From the NCBI GenBank assembly GCA_030265395.1, contig JARFYF010000052.1, forward strand, positions 120,421,817 through 120,485,295: a DNA stretch of 63,479 bases. Reading direction: 5' to 3'. Positions 1 through 12,069 of the stretch are shown piece by piece. The notes beneath the pieces were generated by a model that was given only the letters and a program-made list of their open reading frames with translations, ran no database searches and was not told the DNA's origin. Numbering within the stretch: position 1 is the first letter of the stretch; each line of letters begins with the position of its first letter. The position numbers and the translations under genes are program-made. This stretch comes from Rhina ancylostomus (taxonomy: Eukaryota).

Positions 1-170
1 CAAAAACATGTTCAGTCAAGTTGACAAAATCCTCTCTTGCTTTGTGTGCTAAAACTGGGAGACCTGCCGCACATACTAATCAAGCAACAGCTAATGTCCA
101 CAACTCCTTCATCACTATTGTAGTGGTATATTCTGCCTTTCCTGTGGAACAAATCCAGTAGTAGGATGGA

Positions 171-379
171 GACACAAGAGACTCTAGATGCTGGAATTTG
201 GAGCAAAAGAGGAGCTGCTGGAGGAATTCAACAGGTAAAGCAGCATCTGTGGAGGAAAATGGACAGTCAACATTTCAGGTCGAGACCAGATAAAGGGTGC
301 CAACCCAAAATGTTAACTGCCCATTCCCCTCCACAGATGCTGCCTGACCTGCTGAGTTCATCCAGCAATTTATTTTAGA
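171..379. mobile_element. Fold-back non-autonomous element built from two inverted Penelope-like element terminal repeats
   Basis: The arm at 216-287 (tgctggaggaattcaacagg...gcagcatctgtggagg...) is the imperfect reverse complement of the arm at ~296-367 (...cctccacagatgctgcctgacctgctgagttcatccagca). The same sequence forms the terminus of the Penelope fragment at 55060-55156. Confidence 0.7.
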
Positions 380-1479
380 CCCAGTCATAATGTTGGTAGA
401 ATGGTATACAGTCGGGAAGCCTCCTGAAATACAGACCTCATGAATAGCATCAAATCAAATGTGGTTAAAAGTGCAAACTTGTGGGTGTCATTTTCCACTC
501 TTCTTCATCGAATGAATTGGTACTCTTACATGTTAAAAACCACTTGAGAGAGGTACAAAGAATCATGAGGGCACTGAACATACTCTAGATGAGTGACTTC
601 AGTGCCTATCTTGAAGGCCTTGTTGCAAAAGAGAACCAACACAAGGGAAAAACCAATGAGATCTTAACTTCATACGTCAATCTATTCTTCTTGCATCTGG
701 CAGGTACAGGAAGGAGTGGCAACTGCACAGTCCTTGGAGAGACAAAGCTATCTCTTCACACTAAAGATCTTCATCAATGTGATATGCACCTAAATATGAT
801 AGATTCATAAAATAACTGCAGCTCAAAACTGGGCATCAACGAACCACTACTGGCTGCAGAGTTTTATTCCATTATCATCTAGAACCTTCTGCTTGACATT
901 TTTCTCACACTGTCTTTTTTTTTCATAACATCAAGCCAGAAACCAACCCTAAATTAATTAGGAGCACAGAAGACTCAGCTGAACTACCATTAGGCATTTA
1001 AAAATGGTGTTAACTGGTTGACAGTATAAGACATTATAGCATATTGTCAGAATTATGTCATTCCTTCAGCAAATGGTTCAGATCAAGGCTCTGCAGTTCA
1101 GACATACATAGATATGAATGCCATTGGACAATAAAACAACCAACATGGTAAGGAAGCTCCGGAAATAACTCCATGCTCATTGATCGCAGAGTCCAATATG
1201 TAGTGGCAAAGTCCAAAGCTGAAACACAATGTGATTCCCCAAAGACATGAGATAAATTATTAATTTTGCACTTCAAGGGTTGGTAATTTTTAAAATTATG
1301 CTCTTTAAGGGATAAATTTTCCCTTGTTCTTTTTTTGATGATTCAGCAAGATCTTTTACAACAGTTCGAGAGGGTAGATTTGTCCTCAGTTTCTACTGCA
1401 GGTAAAGGATTGTATCTCTAATCAGGTAAAGGACTGCATCATCCCTGTCATTATTGTGCAATGTTGCTATGGAGATTAA

Positions 1480-1820
1480 GTGCTCAACTACTCCATTGGG
1501 CAGGAGGCACAGAAGCCTGAAATCTCACACCACCAGGTTCAAGAATAGTCTGAACCATTTGCTTCTTGAACCAACCAGCAGAACCTTAATCACTACAGTT
1601 CAGCAACATGGTGACCACTTCAATCACTTTGCACTAAAATGGACTTCTTATGTGTCCTAATTGTGTTCTTTCTTGTAAAAATTGTGCATAATTTATGTTT
1701 TTTTCTTGTGAATGCTGCTTATATGATGCTATGTGCCAGTGATGCTGCTGCAAGTAAGTTTTTCATTGCACCTATGCAAATATGTACTTGTGCATATGAC
1801 AATAAACTTGACTTTGCCTT
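1480..1820 (+). mobile_element. Rex1/Babar-type non-LTR retrotransposon 3' fragment
   Basis: The peptide PLGRRHRSLKSHTTRFKNS resembles the Rex1/Babar ORF C-terminus (LPSGRRYRS...RFxNSF). The tail ends tgacaataaacttgact. Confidence 0.65.
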
Positions 1821-1948
1821 TGCTGCATTGCATGTTGAGCCCAGAATATTCCAACAATCAAAGCCACAATCCCAGTGTCAAGGAAAGATAACATAGTGAT
1901 TTACTATGGATTTTATGTCACAACTCAAGGAATTATAGCATTACATAT

Positions 1949-2134
1949 TGTGGCGACTTACCTTTCACGAACTGGCTCCCACAATTGCGAGTGTTGTCGG
2001 AGGCCCCGACACAAGATGGCAAGGGGCACTCCTTCTTTGTGGGCTAGTGGAGCCCGCGCGTGGGAAGGTCACGTGACCTGCGCGTGACGTCAGCACGGGA
2101 ATGCTGTTTATTAAAGGGGCAGCGAACCCCAGTC
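1949..2134 (+). mobile_element. Probable LTR (Gypsy-like), 5' part, truncated by an assembly gap
   Basis: Abrupt switch to GC/CpG-rich sequence starting TGTGGCGAC, with promoter-type motifs and an AT-rich TATA-like tract before the gap. The terminal CA is not visible. Confidence 0.5.
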
Positions 2135-4299
2135 NNNNNNNNNNNNNNNNNNNNNNNNNNNNNNNNNNNNNNNNNNNNNNNNNNNNNNNNNNNNNNNNNN
2201 NNNNNNNNNNNNNNNNNNNNNNNNNNNNNNNNNNCTATTTGTTTTTGATTGAGCGTCGAGCATTGGGGTATCAAGCGCATTGGGAAAATAGGAAAATTGT
2301 TACTGTTTTCTTATTACTATCGTGCATGTACTCCTTTAAAAATAATCACTCACTGTAGCTAAATCAACTCTAAATTCTAATAAAGAGTGGTTCTGTCTAA
2401 CAGTGAAAGTCCTTTTTTTAAAGGAAATTCTACGTCTTGATTAAGTGTGAAAGCGAATGCAGATGAGGATGGTAATATCAGAGTAATCTTACCATCCAGC
2501 CTGTTTTATTGCAATCAAATTTAGCTTTAGCTGAATCAATCAATACATTTCCATTTTATTTTGTTCAGCCAGTTGATTTCTTTCCCTCTGCATTGTTACA
2601 TATGGGGCCCATCCTTCTTGACACCATCTCCCCATTATTATTCCTATGCAGCAGTTGCTTTGAGTACTGAGACTTTTCAGGGAGGCCAAGTGGAAGTCTG
2701 GAAGATGCCGATTGATTTACAACCTGTACACCGTCCTTTACTTTGAGAGTTCACAGGAGAGAATTGCAGGTGAAGATATACGAGGTTGCTCGTAAAGGTG
2801 TCAAAACACAGATTATGGCTTTAGCAACAGTCAGGGTGGTTGCAGGGTTGGGGGAACATTTTCCAGATCAGGCGTATGGAGAAACTTTAAACCTGTCCAT
2901 TCCGCAGTCACCAGCTTTTTTTTAGATTGCTCTCCTGTGCAGTCTCAACCAGTGCCTTCCCTTGTGAAACATTTGCTTTGTAACCACGACACAGTCAATA
3001 TAAATCAAATGCAATTAATAGATTTTTTTTCTCTCTGACGGCTGGCTGGTGAGATCTTGAGTAATTGGATATGGCCTCGTAAATTCTATCCCAAGTACGC
3101 CTGGTGTAGTCTTGACGACCTTATCTATAGCTAAATTTCTATCGCAATTTTAAATAAATGCGATAAAATAAGCGAATTCCCGAAGTAGTAACAGATTCCG
3201 TCTCTACTGAGTCTCTAAGTGCTTTCCTTTTCCGTATATTTAAATTGGAGGTCGTGGACTGACAAGAACAGTCGAGGCGGATTTTATACTTCCTATTCAA
3301 AGCAATGTATCCTGCTCAATGGCTTTCCCCCCACCTCGGCAACGCATTTAATGCTGAATTTATTTCGTGATTTAAAAGATATCTATATGAACTGTGTCGT
3401 GTAAATATACACAGGGGCAGCATATTTCCTGCCCTTGAAAATATAATAGAAATAATGTCTCCGTTTCCGTTGGCGCATAGAACTGACCAAGATCTTTGGA
3501 CCAGAATCAATGCAAGCAGAATCTAACTGTTTACTTGTTTGAAACATTTACCATTGTTCATAGAGAGCTATGTTCCAAGCTCCTTGTCGTAATTTATGTT
3601 GAGAGGTTCTTAATTTTAAATCATTTTGAGAGTGTCTGCTCGACCCTATGCAAACGAATCTCCAGTAGACTGAACTGCACAAATGTAACCCGTTTGAAAT
3701 TCACCTCACGTCCCCTCGTGTCAATTTTGGGGGAACTTGGCTGCTCCAACAATTAGTTGTTTGACTTTCCCTTTAATACAGTTTAGAAAGGGGAGGGATG
3801 AATAAATAAACGTGGCAGCAAAAAGACTCCTATTAAACGGCCTCCCTTCCCAGCTAAACGCCAAACACATACCAAAATGGACTTCAGCGGTGAAACACTT
3901 CAGTTAGATATCTGAAAAGTTAGGTCATACTGTAAACCTATACATTCAGACATTGGATGAAAGCCCATCTGGAACTTTAAACTGTTAAATCAACCAAATT
4001 TAAGTTATTTTTTGTTGTTGCGCTAAGAGCTATCGGAAGTAAGGCAATGTGGAACTAAATCCCTGCGAGTCAGTTTAAAAGGGGAGGATTGCTGCTTCAA
4101 TTCATTCCGAAAACGCAAGCACTGAAGAGCCGTTTAATCCAGTCAACTCTAAGCACCCAGGCGATCTGGATCATACAGCGGAGAGAAGAAATATTCTGCC
4201 CAAACGTCAATGGCGCCTGACAGAATCATCTCATTGTCCAAGAAGGAATTGCCCGTCCGTCTGGGAGCATCCCTTTCATTCCCATAAAGGAGAATTCTT

Positions 4300-5730
4300 G
4301 CTCAAGGCATGAAATAAACCCCACTTCACAACGCTTTTCATTGCACACTGACAGAGAGAATTCCAAAGATTCAACACCATCCAAGAGAAGAAAGTTCTCC
4401 CTTTCTCAGTCTTAAATCGGCATTGGTTTATCCTGAGAATGCAAGCTCCCCCTTCCCCCCCCCCACACCCCAGGTATACATTTATGACGAGGGGGTGCAT
4501 CCTCAAAACATGAATCCTGTCAAGCCCCCTCAGAATTTTTAGGCATTTCAGCAAGACCACTTCTTCTAAACTCCTGAAAATGCAAGTCCAATCAACTCAG
4601 CCTTTCCTTATTTGCCAACCTCTTTATCCCATAAGCCAACACAATTAACCCTTTTTCTGCACTACATCTAATGTATCCTTCCTTCAATTAAAAGACCAAA
4701 AATTTGCACAGTCCTCAAGGTGTGGTCCCACCAAAAACTAATACAGCTGTAGTAAGAGTTGCTAATGATAATATTCCACCCCTTTCTCAATCAAGAACAC
4801 ACTCCATTTGCCTGCTTAATTACTTGCACCTATAGAATAACTTCAAGTGTACCCATATCATGAATATCAGCATTCAATAGCTTCAACATATTTAATAATT
4901 CTGCTTTCATAATCTTCCTCCAAAATGGGTAACTTCATATTCCTCCATGTGGTACTCCATCTCTCATTGTTTTGTCCACTCTGTTATGAACCAGCAAAAA
5001 CAGAAACACACCAAGACACGTATAAGTGTTAAAAGCTACTTTATTAATAACTACTTATGATAATAAGAAAAATAAAAGTAAAAATGTTAGAATGTTNNNN
5101 NNNNNNNNNNNNNNNNNNNNNNNNNNNNNNNNNNNNNNNNNNNNNNNNNNNNNNNNNNNNNNNNNNNNNNNNNNNNNNNNNNNNNNNNNNNNNNNNGAGA
5201 GCCCCTGCGTTCTCATAACTTACTTCTCACTTATGTATGTGTCATAAGGACACATAAAAACAAGCCATTTCATCTGAGTTAATATAAAATGTAAATTGTT
5301 GATGCCCCAGCATTGATCCCCGTGGAATCCTACTAGTTACAGTGTGCTGACCTTAAATGGACCATTTATTTTTTTCTGTGATTTCTACTGAATAACCAAT
5401 CCTCTACCTCTGTTAGATGGAGAATTGGTTAACTGGCAGAAGCAAGATTTATATTATCTTCAAAACTATGGTGCTAATCTTGTGGAGAATTTTTTATATG
5501 ACATCTTCGAAAATGCCATTTTAGCAATGCAAATACATTTCATCCATTGGCTCCCTTTGATCCACCTTGGTAGTTACATCCACAAAAGAATGCTAACAAA
5601 TTTATCAAATATGATTTTGCTTTCATAGAAATTTCCCTTTCATGACCCATTGACTCTGCTCAATCATCTTAGGATTTTCTAAGCATCTTGTTATTACTTC
5701 CTTAATAATGGATTCCAGTCCTTTCCTGAT
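4300..5730 (-). mobile_element. Decayed CR1-clade LINE, ORF2 3' part
   Basis: The minus-strand peptide LKILRGLDR...FKTEKGRTFFSWMVLNLWNSL is a CR1 ORF2 C-terminus. Frameshifted RT-like sequence continues to ~5730 and is interrupted at 4982-5220. Confidence 0.75.
4982..5220 (-). mobile_element. Possible solo LTR nested in the CR1 copy (centre lost in a gap)
   Basis: Ends TGTTATGA...TCATAAC(t) form a short terminal inverted repeat, with a minus-strand AATAAA at ~5040. CR1-like sequence resumes on both sides. Confidence 0.4.
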
Positions 5731-5794
5731 GGCAAGTGTTAGGTCAGCAGCTTCTTTCCCCTTTCTCCCTCTGTCTTAGAAATTTTGATTTAGC

Positions 5795-6005
5795 AATGAA
5801 TATTGGCTAGGGTATCAGGAAAATAACTTTCCTTTCTTGTTAAAAGTACTGTGGAATATGATAGGTCAGACCAGGGCCTGAGATTAATGTTTCTCTGACA
5901 TTGCAACACTCCCTCAGTACTGGAGCTGGAACATTAGATTGATCCTCTTTTAAAATCTCTGGAGTAGAACTTGAACCCACCATCTTCTGAGGATTTTACC
6001 ACTGG
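5795..6005 (-). mobile_element. Deu-domain SINE (SacSINE1/AmnSINE-like), decayed
   Basis: ctgacattgcaacactccctcagtactgg...ctctggagtagaacttgaacccac resembles the reverse complement of the Deu-SINE head, including its B box. Confidence 0.55.
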
Positions 6006-6649
6006 GGAGATGCTGGTCCTTGAAGTCTTTTAGATTCAGTGCCTTTCATAAAATAGAAGAAAAACAAAGTGAACTATATTTTTAATAGAACAAATGCTCA
6101 TTCTATCTGTGCCCAAAGGATGACATCCCCAGTAAAGTAGCAACATTTTATTTTATTAAATCTGATATTATCAGATGTGGGTATCATAGTAAGATAACAG
6201 CATACCAAAACTCTGTGGGTATATCCATTAGGAAAGGTTGAAAAGGGAGTGTCATTTTTCTCATGAAAAAGGAAGGCTGAGGAGCAATCAAATTGTCATC
6301 TTTAAAGTTATTACAGCTTTTGATGCAGTAGAGTTGTAGGAAAGTGCAAAACTTAATGCCAGCAACGTATTGTAGATACCAAGAAATCATAAATGGGACT
6401 TATTTACCCAGACCAATGAAACATTTGAACATATTAACACAAAGAGTAGTTAAAGTAAAACATTTTAGGGGTAAGTTAAATAGTAAGCAAATGAGGGTTA
6501 AGGGAATAGCAGGAAACACAAATACAATTAGTTGATGAAGTCATGGGGGGGTGTCGGGGGGAGAGGTATGGGAAGCGTTAATCCATGCATGAACTAGGTG
6601 GCCTAACTTGTTTGTTCTGTGTTAAACATTCTGTCTTTTTTTTGTGTAT

Positions 6650-6900
6650 AAGGCATAAGCATGGCTGGCAAGGGCAACATGTATTGACTATTCCTAATTG
6701 TCCTTGAGAAGAGGGTAGTGAGCTACATTTTTGAATCACTGTCATACCCTTGGTGAATATGCTCCCTTGGCACTATTGGTGAGGGAATTCCAGTATTTAG
6801 ACGTATATACTGTGACATATATCCAAGTCAAAATGGTCTCCGACTTCCTGGGGGAGTTTGTAGGTGTTGGCATGTTATTCTGTACAATACCAAATTGATT
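6650..6900 (-). mobile_element. 3' tail of the old LINE family also seen at 16490-17660 and 29020-29680
   Basis: gctggcaagggcaacatgtattgactattcctaattgtccttgagaag is the approximate reverse complement of 29605-29650. Confidence 0.55.
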
Positions 6901-8289
6901 GTGTTGTAGATGAAAGCAGAGGCTTGGTAGAATTATTTTTGCTTTCCTCCAAAAGCATTTATGATCCATCTTGACACCTGCACCAAAATAAATGATTTTC
7001 ATTACGCTGGGTGTAGACCAAAAGTGTTCAGGGACAATCGGTTAAAATACCCTCCGTTTGATCTCAAGAAAACCTTACTTTCACAGTTCTTGGTCTGGCG
7101 TCTTGTCATTGCTATTTAACCGTCTTGATCATATTACCGATTCCATCAAACCATCTATCTGCTGCCTGTGGTTATTAATTCCTTTGTAGATTAAAAGTAA
7201 GGTAACAAAGATCAAGTTCGGTTGTAACTTTGTATGGTAATGATACTCAGTAAAAAGATAGTGATGGGTGGGTTAGAAATAACTCGGTATTAATCAATAG
7301 GTAGAATAAACCATGTCCAATGACTGGCTGCTGCTGTAAGGTACTATGCAGTTGTTGCAGATATTAGCCCAACCTCTCACCAAATGCACTAGTGGTAAAA
7401 TGTGAATTGAATCATCGTTCAATTCCAGGCTGCGATTCAATTTTACCCAACTAAGGGGCTGGAATTATTTTAGTCAAACAACAGTTTAGTTTAGGGGTAT
7501 ACAATTTAAAAGGCAGTGAAAGTGAATCAATTAAGGGGGCAAGACTTACAAAATCAAAACCCTCCAAAATGCATGGAATCCCCTTCGGATTTGCTGGCCT
7601 GATTACTCCCTGGGGGCTTGACACTTTACGGGCACTATATAAATGTAAAGTATATTAATTTTAGCAATTGGCATATCATTACATGGGATAAAAATATAGG
7701 ATTCAAGATTTAAATATGTGTCTCTGTGTGGTAAGGAGGGAGAGAGGTGAAACGCTTAAAACACTGACAGTTCTGCTCCATGATAAAAGCTATGCTCTTC
7801 CCTGGCAGCGCGAATAAACAGGGTTAGACAATTTGCTGGGTATATTCTGACCTTGTGTTCCTTTGGTAATTAATTTAAACGGCACATTACACTTGTGAAT
7901 GATGAATGGTGCACTTGTTTATTGTTATTCCTGTTGTAATCATTCTGCCACATCCCAGGTGCATTGCGAATGGCTGTTCTGCAGAGTGTGTGCGAATGTA
8001 GAAAATTATGCAGTTGGTTCATTTCCCAACTGCACTTAAAGAGCCCTCCGTGAATTCAGATCATCAGCTTCCTGAGACTGGGGTTAGATTGGAGATGTGG
8101 GGACGGGGGTTGGTGGGACCTGAGTCACCATGAAGATTTCCACTGATGTTGCTTCCCCTGCAGCTCTCTCAGTAGTCTGGAAGCAAAAACCGCAAGAATG
8201 GCAGTTTTCAAGGACAGTGAGACTGCAATACCAGTCTTAGTATTAGAAAAGGGTTGGAATTCTCAAAAGTAGTTAGCGTTTAAACTGGT

Positions 8290-8530
8290 TTCCAGGGTGG
8301 TACAGTAGAACCGCTACCTCACAGAGCCAGAGGCTGGGGTTCAATCTTGACCTCGGGTGGTGCCCGCCTAGAGTTTGTTCATTCTCCCCATAGATGTGTT
8401 GGCTGGAAGGGAGTTGATGAGAATATAGGGAGAATAAAAAAATGGGATTAATGTAAGACAAGTGCAAATGGATTGTTGATGGTCGGCTCAGATCTGGATG
8501 GGTCAAAGAGCCCGTTTCGGTGCTTTATCT
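8290..8530 (+). mobile_element. tRNA-derived V-SINE (HE1-like), internally deleted
   Basis: A-box-like tggtacagtag, B-box ggttcaatct, then gagtttgttcattctcccca and a CR1-like 3' tail gggtcaaagagcccgtttc. Confidence 0.6.
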
Positions 8531-9152
8531 TAATTCTATCTCTCTTTACACCATTCTGTTGTTCTGCACTTGTCGCTGTATTTATTGTATTTATTATTAC
8601 CATGTGTACTGTTTACTCTGTGAGCTTTACTCCAGCAAGGAATTTCATTGCCATTTGGTGTATATGACAATAAACTATTCTGAATCTATCTCTCTATGAC
8701 TGGATCCAACAATCACTTGCCTCTCCCAATCTTTTTTTCTCCAGTGACTGTTCTACAGACAGCAGCAGGTGAAGCACATTGTAGCATTCAAATATTCGTA
8801 GTCCTATGTTAATAAAAATTGCTGTTATCATTGTCGATATATCTACAGGTGGAGATTGCTCTGCATGTTTTCATATTAGCCTCCAAAAACCAAGAAGTTC
8901 TGCAGACTGCCTGGGTATCAGTCAGCTTTTAATCTACCATGTCCCTGATGAATAATAGCACAGTTCTTCATTAGCTTGTCCACTTGACACTGTTTAGCAA
9001 GTAGTTAGGCTATCAGATCAGAACTTACCATCTTCACTTTGCCAATAAGGACCAATACAAGGAATTACATGTGCGAAATTGTATCATTACCACTAAAGTC
9101 TTATTAGGGTTTCCATTAAGGTTAGTATCAGATTTGCAATAGAATAAAATTC

Positions 9153-9266
9153 TTTTTTTTTAATTTTAAAGATTTTATTTATAGCATGGTAACAGGCCCT
9201 TTCGGCCCAACAAGTCCGCGCTGCCCATTTTAAACCCATGTTAACCTACCTGTACGTCTTTGGAAT
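9153..9266 (-). mobile_element. 5'-truncated SINE 3' end with A-rich tail
   Basis: The reverse complement reads attccaaagacgtac...ttgttgggccgaaagggcctgttaccatgctataaataaa...aaaaaaaa, a CR1-derived SINE tail. Confidence 0.6.
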
Positions 9267-9942
9267 TTCTTGTTTTGCACTTAAGAAGCTATTCATGGAT
9301 CCAGTTTCTAGACACATCTATTGCTAGTTGATCCTATTTATTTGTGATGAGTTTTGAACCATTTTCACGCATGCATGTTAAGTTTTCCTAAAGTATTTGT
9401 ATCACATCACACAAGGGACCTCTAGTGGGAAGTATTATTGATGTTAACAACAAATGAAATAGGAGTGGGTTGTGGAAGGTGTAGCCGGCAGGGAGAAGGT
9501 ATCATCACTCATCGGCAAATACCCTTCATCAGAATTTGTCAATGGACCATTATGTTTGTTTAAGATAGCTTCCTATAAAACAGCCCTCCCTTGTTCTGAG
9601 CTGGATGTTTCTCAGGCATCCTTTTCATCACTGGACATTTCACAGCATACACCCTATTTTCACTAGTTTTATAATGAGGAAACAGATGCTGGACTGACTG
9701 AAACTAGGAAAATAAATGAAAGGCTAGTTTGCAATGTAGAAAAGTATGGCAAGTTCAACAGAAGGCTTCAGGAGGTTGGTCAGGGAGGAGAATGTCATTG
9801 TGAGCTTGTGGGTTGGAAGGAGGAGATGTGTAACTGTGAAATTCATAGGGGGCTGTATGGATAAACTGCTTCCATGATCTGAGTCTAAGGAGAGTAGAAA
9901 TTCTCAATGAAGAGAAGAGTGGGAGGGTGAAGCTTGTATGAA

Positions 9943-10170
9943 AGAACATAAGAAATTGGGTCAGGGATGGGTCATGTTGTCTTTCAATGCTGCTCTGCCA
10001 TTTAACAGGAGCATGCTGAAGAGCTTGTCCTCAGTTTCACTTTTCTGTCTCTCTCCCGTTACCCCTGAATTGCCTATAAGCTCCAAAACTCTGTGTACCT
10101 CAGCCTTGACTACATTCAATGACCTATTTTCCACAGATCTCTGGAGCAGAAAGTTCTAAACATTCATGAC
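9943..10170 (-). mobile_element. CR1 LINE 3' end, decayed
   Basis: The aagaacataagaa terminus and ...ccacagatctctggagcagaaagttctaaacattcatgacc are typical reverse-complemented CR1 3' sequence. Confidence 0.55.
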
Positions 10171-10249
10171 CATGTTTGTTCATAACCATGTTTGTTCAAG
10201 TAGGCAAGAGCATTGCCTATGCTCTTGCCTACTTCTTTTCAAACACTGT

Positions 10250-10620
10250 AATGGAAATTATCTGGTGGTATAATCATGTAGAAGGTGGCAGAGGTTACAG
10301 GGGGTGACCTGTTGAATGTGAAGGCTGGTGGACTTGAAGTTGAGGACAAGGGGAACCTATCCTCATTCTGACTGGGAGGAGAGGAAGTGAGAGCAGAAGC
10401 ATGGAAAATAAAGGAAAATTTGAGAAGAATTTAAGAGCTCTGTCAACTATGGTAGAGGGGAAACCACAGTTAAGGAAAAAGGAAGACATCTCACAAGCAC
10501 TGGTGTGGAAAGTATTGTCATCATTCTAGTTATGATGAAGAAACTAGGAAAATCATCTGGAGTCCTTAAAGGAATTTGGATGGGAAGAGATGTAGTCGAG
10601 TTGTGGGAGTTGGTGGGCTT
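10250..10620 (-). mobile_element. Penelope-like element ORF fragment (RT thumb/linker)
   Basis: The minus-strand peptides KPTNSH / LDYISSHPNSFKDS and MSSFFLNCGFPSTIVDRAL match the KPT..H.YL...S.HP and GYP/GFP motifs of PLE RT-GIY-YIG ORFs. Frameshifted. Confidence 0.7.
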
Positions 10621-10720
10621 NNNNNNNNNNNNNNNNNNNNNNNNNNNNNNNNNNNNNNNNNNNNNNNNNNNNNNNNNNNNNNNNNNNNNNNNNNNNNNNN
10701 NNNNNNNNNNNNNNNNNNNN

Positions 10721-10868
10721 GAATGTGGGAGGAAACCAGAGCACCCGGAGGAAACCCACACAGACACGGGAGAACGTACAAACTCCTTACAGACAGCGTC
10801 GGGAATCAAACCCCAATCGCTGGTGCTGTAATAGTGTCACGCTAACCGCCATGCTACCATGCCGCCCC
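10721..10868 (-). mobile_element. tRNA-derived V-SINE (HE1-like), well-preserved 5' half
   Basis: The minus strand reads GGGGCGGCATGGTAGCATGGCGG (A box)...GGTTTGATTCC (B box)...GAGTTTGTACGTTCTCCCGTGTCTGTGTGGGTTTCCTCCGGGTGCTCTGGTTTCCTCCCAC (V domain). The 3' half is in the gap. Confidence 0.85.
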
Positions 10869-10937
10869 AAAACAATTTGAAATCAGAAAACAACCTTGTT
10901 ATTAGATTTTAGACTAGGGTTAACAAGGATTATGTTA

Positions 10938-11060
10938 TAAAAACAGAAAATTCTGGAAACATCAACAGGTTAAGCTACATCTGGGGAAAGGGAAACAGTT
11001 TAAGTTTTAGCTCCCGAACTTTCATCAGAACTGGGAAAGAGAGCAAACAAATTTTCCAGT
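10938..11060 (-). mobile_element. Penelope-terminal-repeat remnant (same family as 171-379)
   Basis: aaaacagaaaattctggaaacatcaacaggttaagctacatctgggg...ctttcatcagaactggg, with minus-strand CTGATGAA at ~11021-11028. Confidence 0.5.
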
Positions 11061-12069
11061 TCCAGTGAAAGATCATGGAATGGGATTGTGAGCTTCCTCC
11101 AAATATTGTTTTAAATACTTTGCTTAATTTTGACATGTCCAGGACATCTAGTGGATCTGATGATGGATTGGAGTTATACTTCACACTGAGCCAAATTAAA
11201 GTAGTTTATTATGCTTCATCAGAGAGACATTCAAACCCCCTATGTTTTGTAGTCAGATAGCAATCAAATCTTGGAGTTAACAATTTAGCCCTTCAAAACT
11301 TGCATTGATAGAGCATTGGCAATTTACTTCAACATCCTTGCCTATAAAGTTGACGTTGCATTGATTAACATTGTAAAATGTCAAGTTATTTTAAACCCCT
11401 CAGTTAAATTAATTCCAGGTTTTCTCAACATTGAGTCAAGTTATTGCACTTTTTATACAACTTGTCACTGTAACCTGTTTGGACATAAAGTGCCCCGATT
11501 AACGGAGGATTTCCCACTGACTTAATTGGATGATATGTGGGAAATTCTATTTAATGAGGTTTGATTGATTTCTTGTGACAGGATAAAATGCTACTGTTGA
11601 AAAGTGATACTAACCATGTCTTATCACGTATAGGACGTGATGACTTTAATTAAAAACAAAGCAAAAATCAACTAAGTTTTGCTACATTCATGCATGTGAG
11701 TGTGAGTGATTTGAAAGAAATCAAGTGGATGACATTCTATTGTACTTCATCCTTTGCAAATGCATGATTTGCAATGAAAGATTCATTGCAACATCATTTT
11801 TGAGGTTAGAACAATTTGAAGAGGAGTTTGATATCATCCATTCTGGGATATTTAAAACTACTGAAAATAGACTACATGCTACACATTTATTCATGACTTG
11901 GGCTTCAAGTTTGTCATAGCATTTTAAAGAAATGCATTTATGTCTATGACTGATCTTCCTCCAAATTTCTGACTACTTCATTTAAACATTGTCAGTCCAA
12001 CAGTGATTCAGTTTTGAAATTCTCAACCAGATTTTCTCTTCTGTCCAACACATTGCTACTTCTATCTCA

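Noticed and set aside
10790-10868. tRNA gene (A and B boxes on the minus strand)
   Set aside because: It continues directly into a V-SINE core domain, so it is a SINE head rather than a tRNA.
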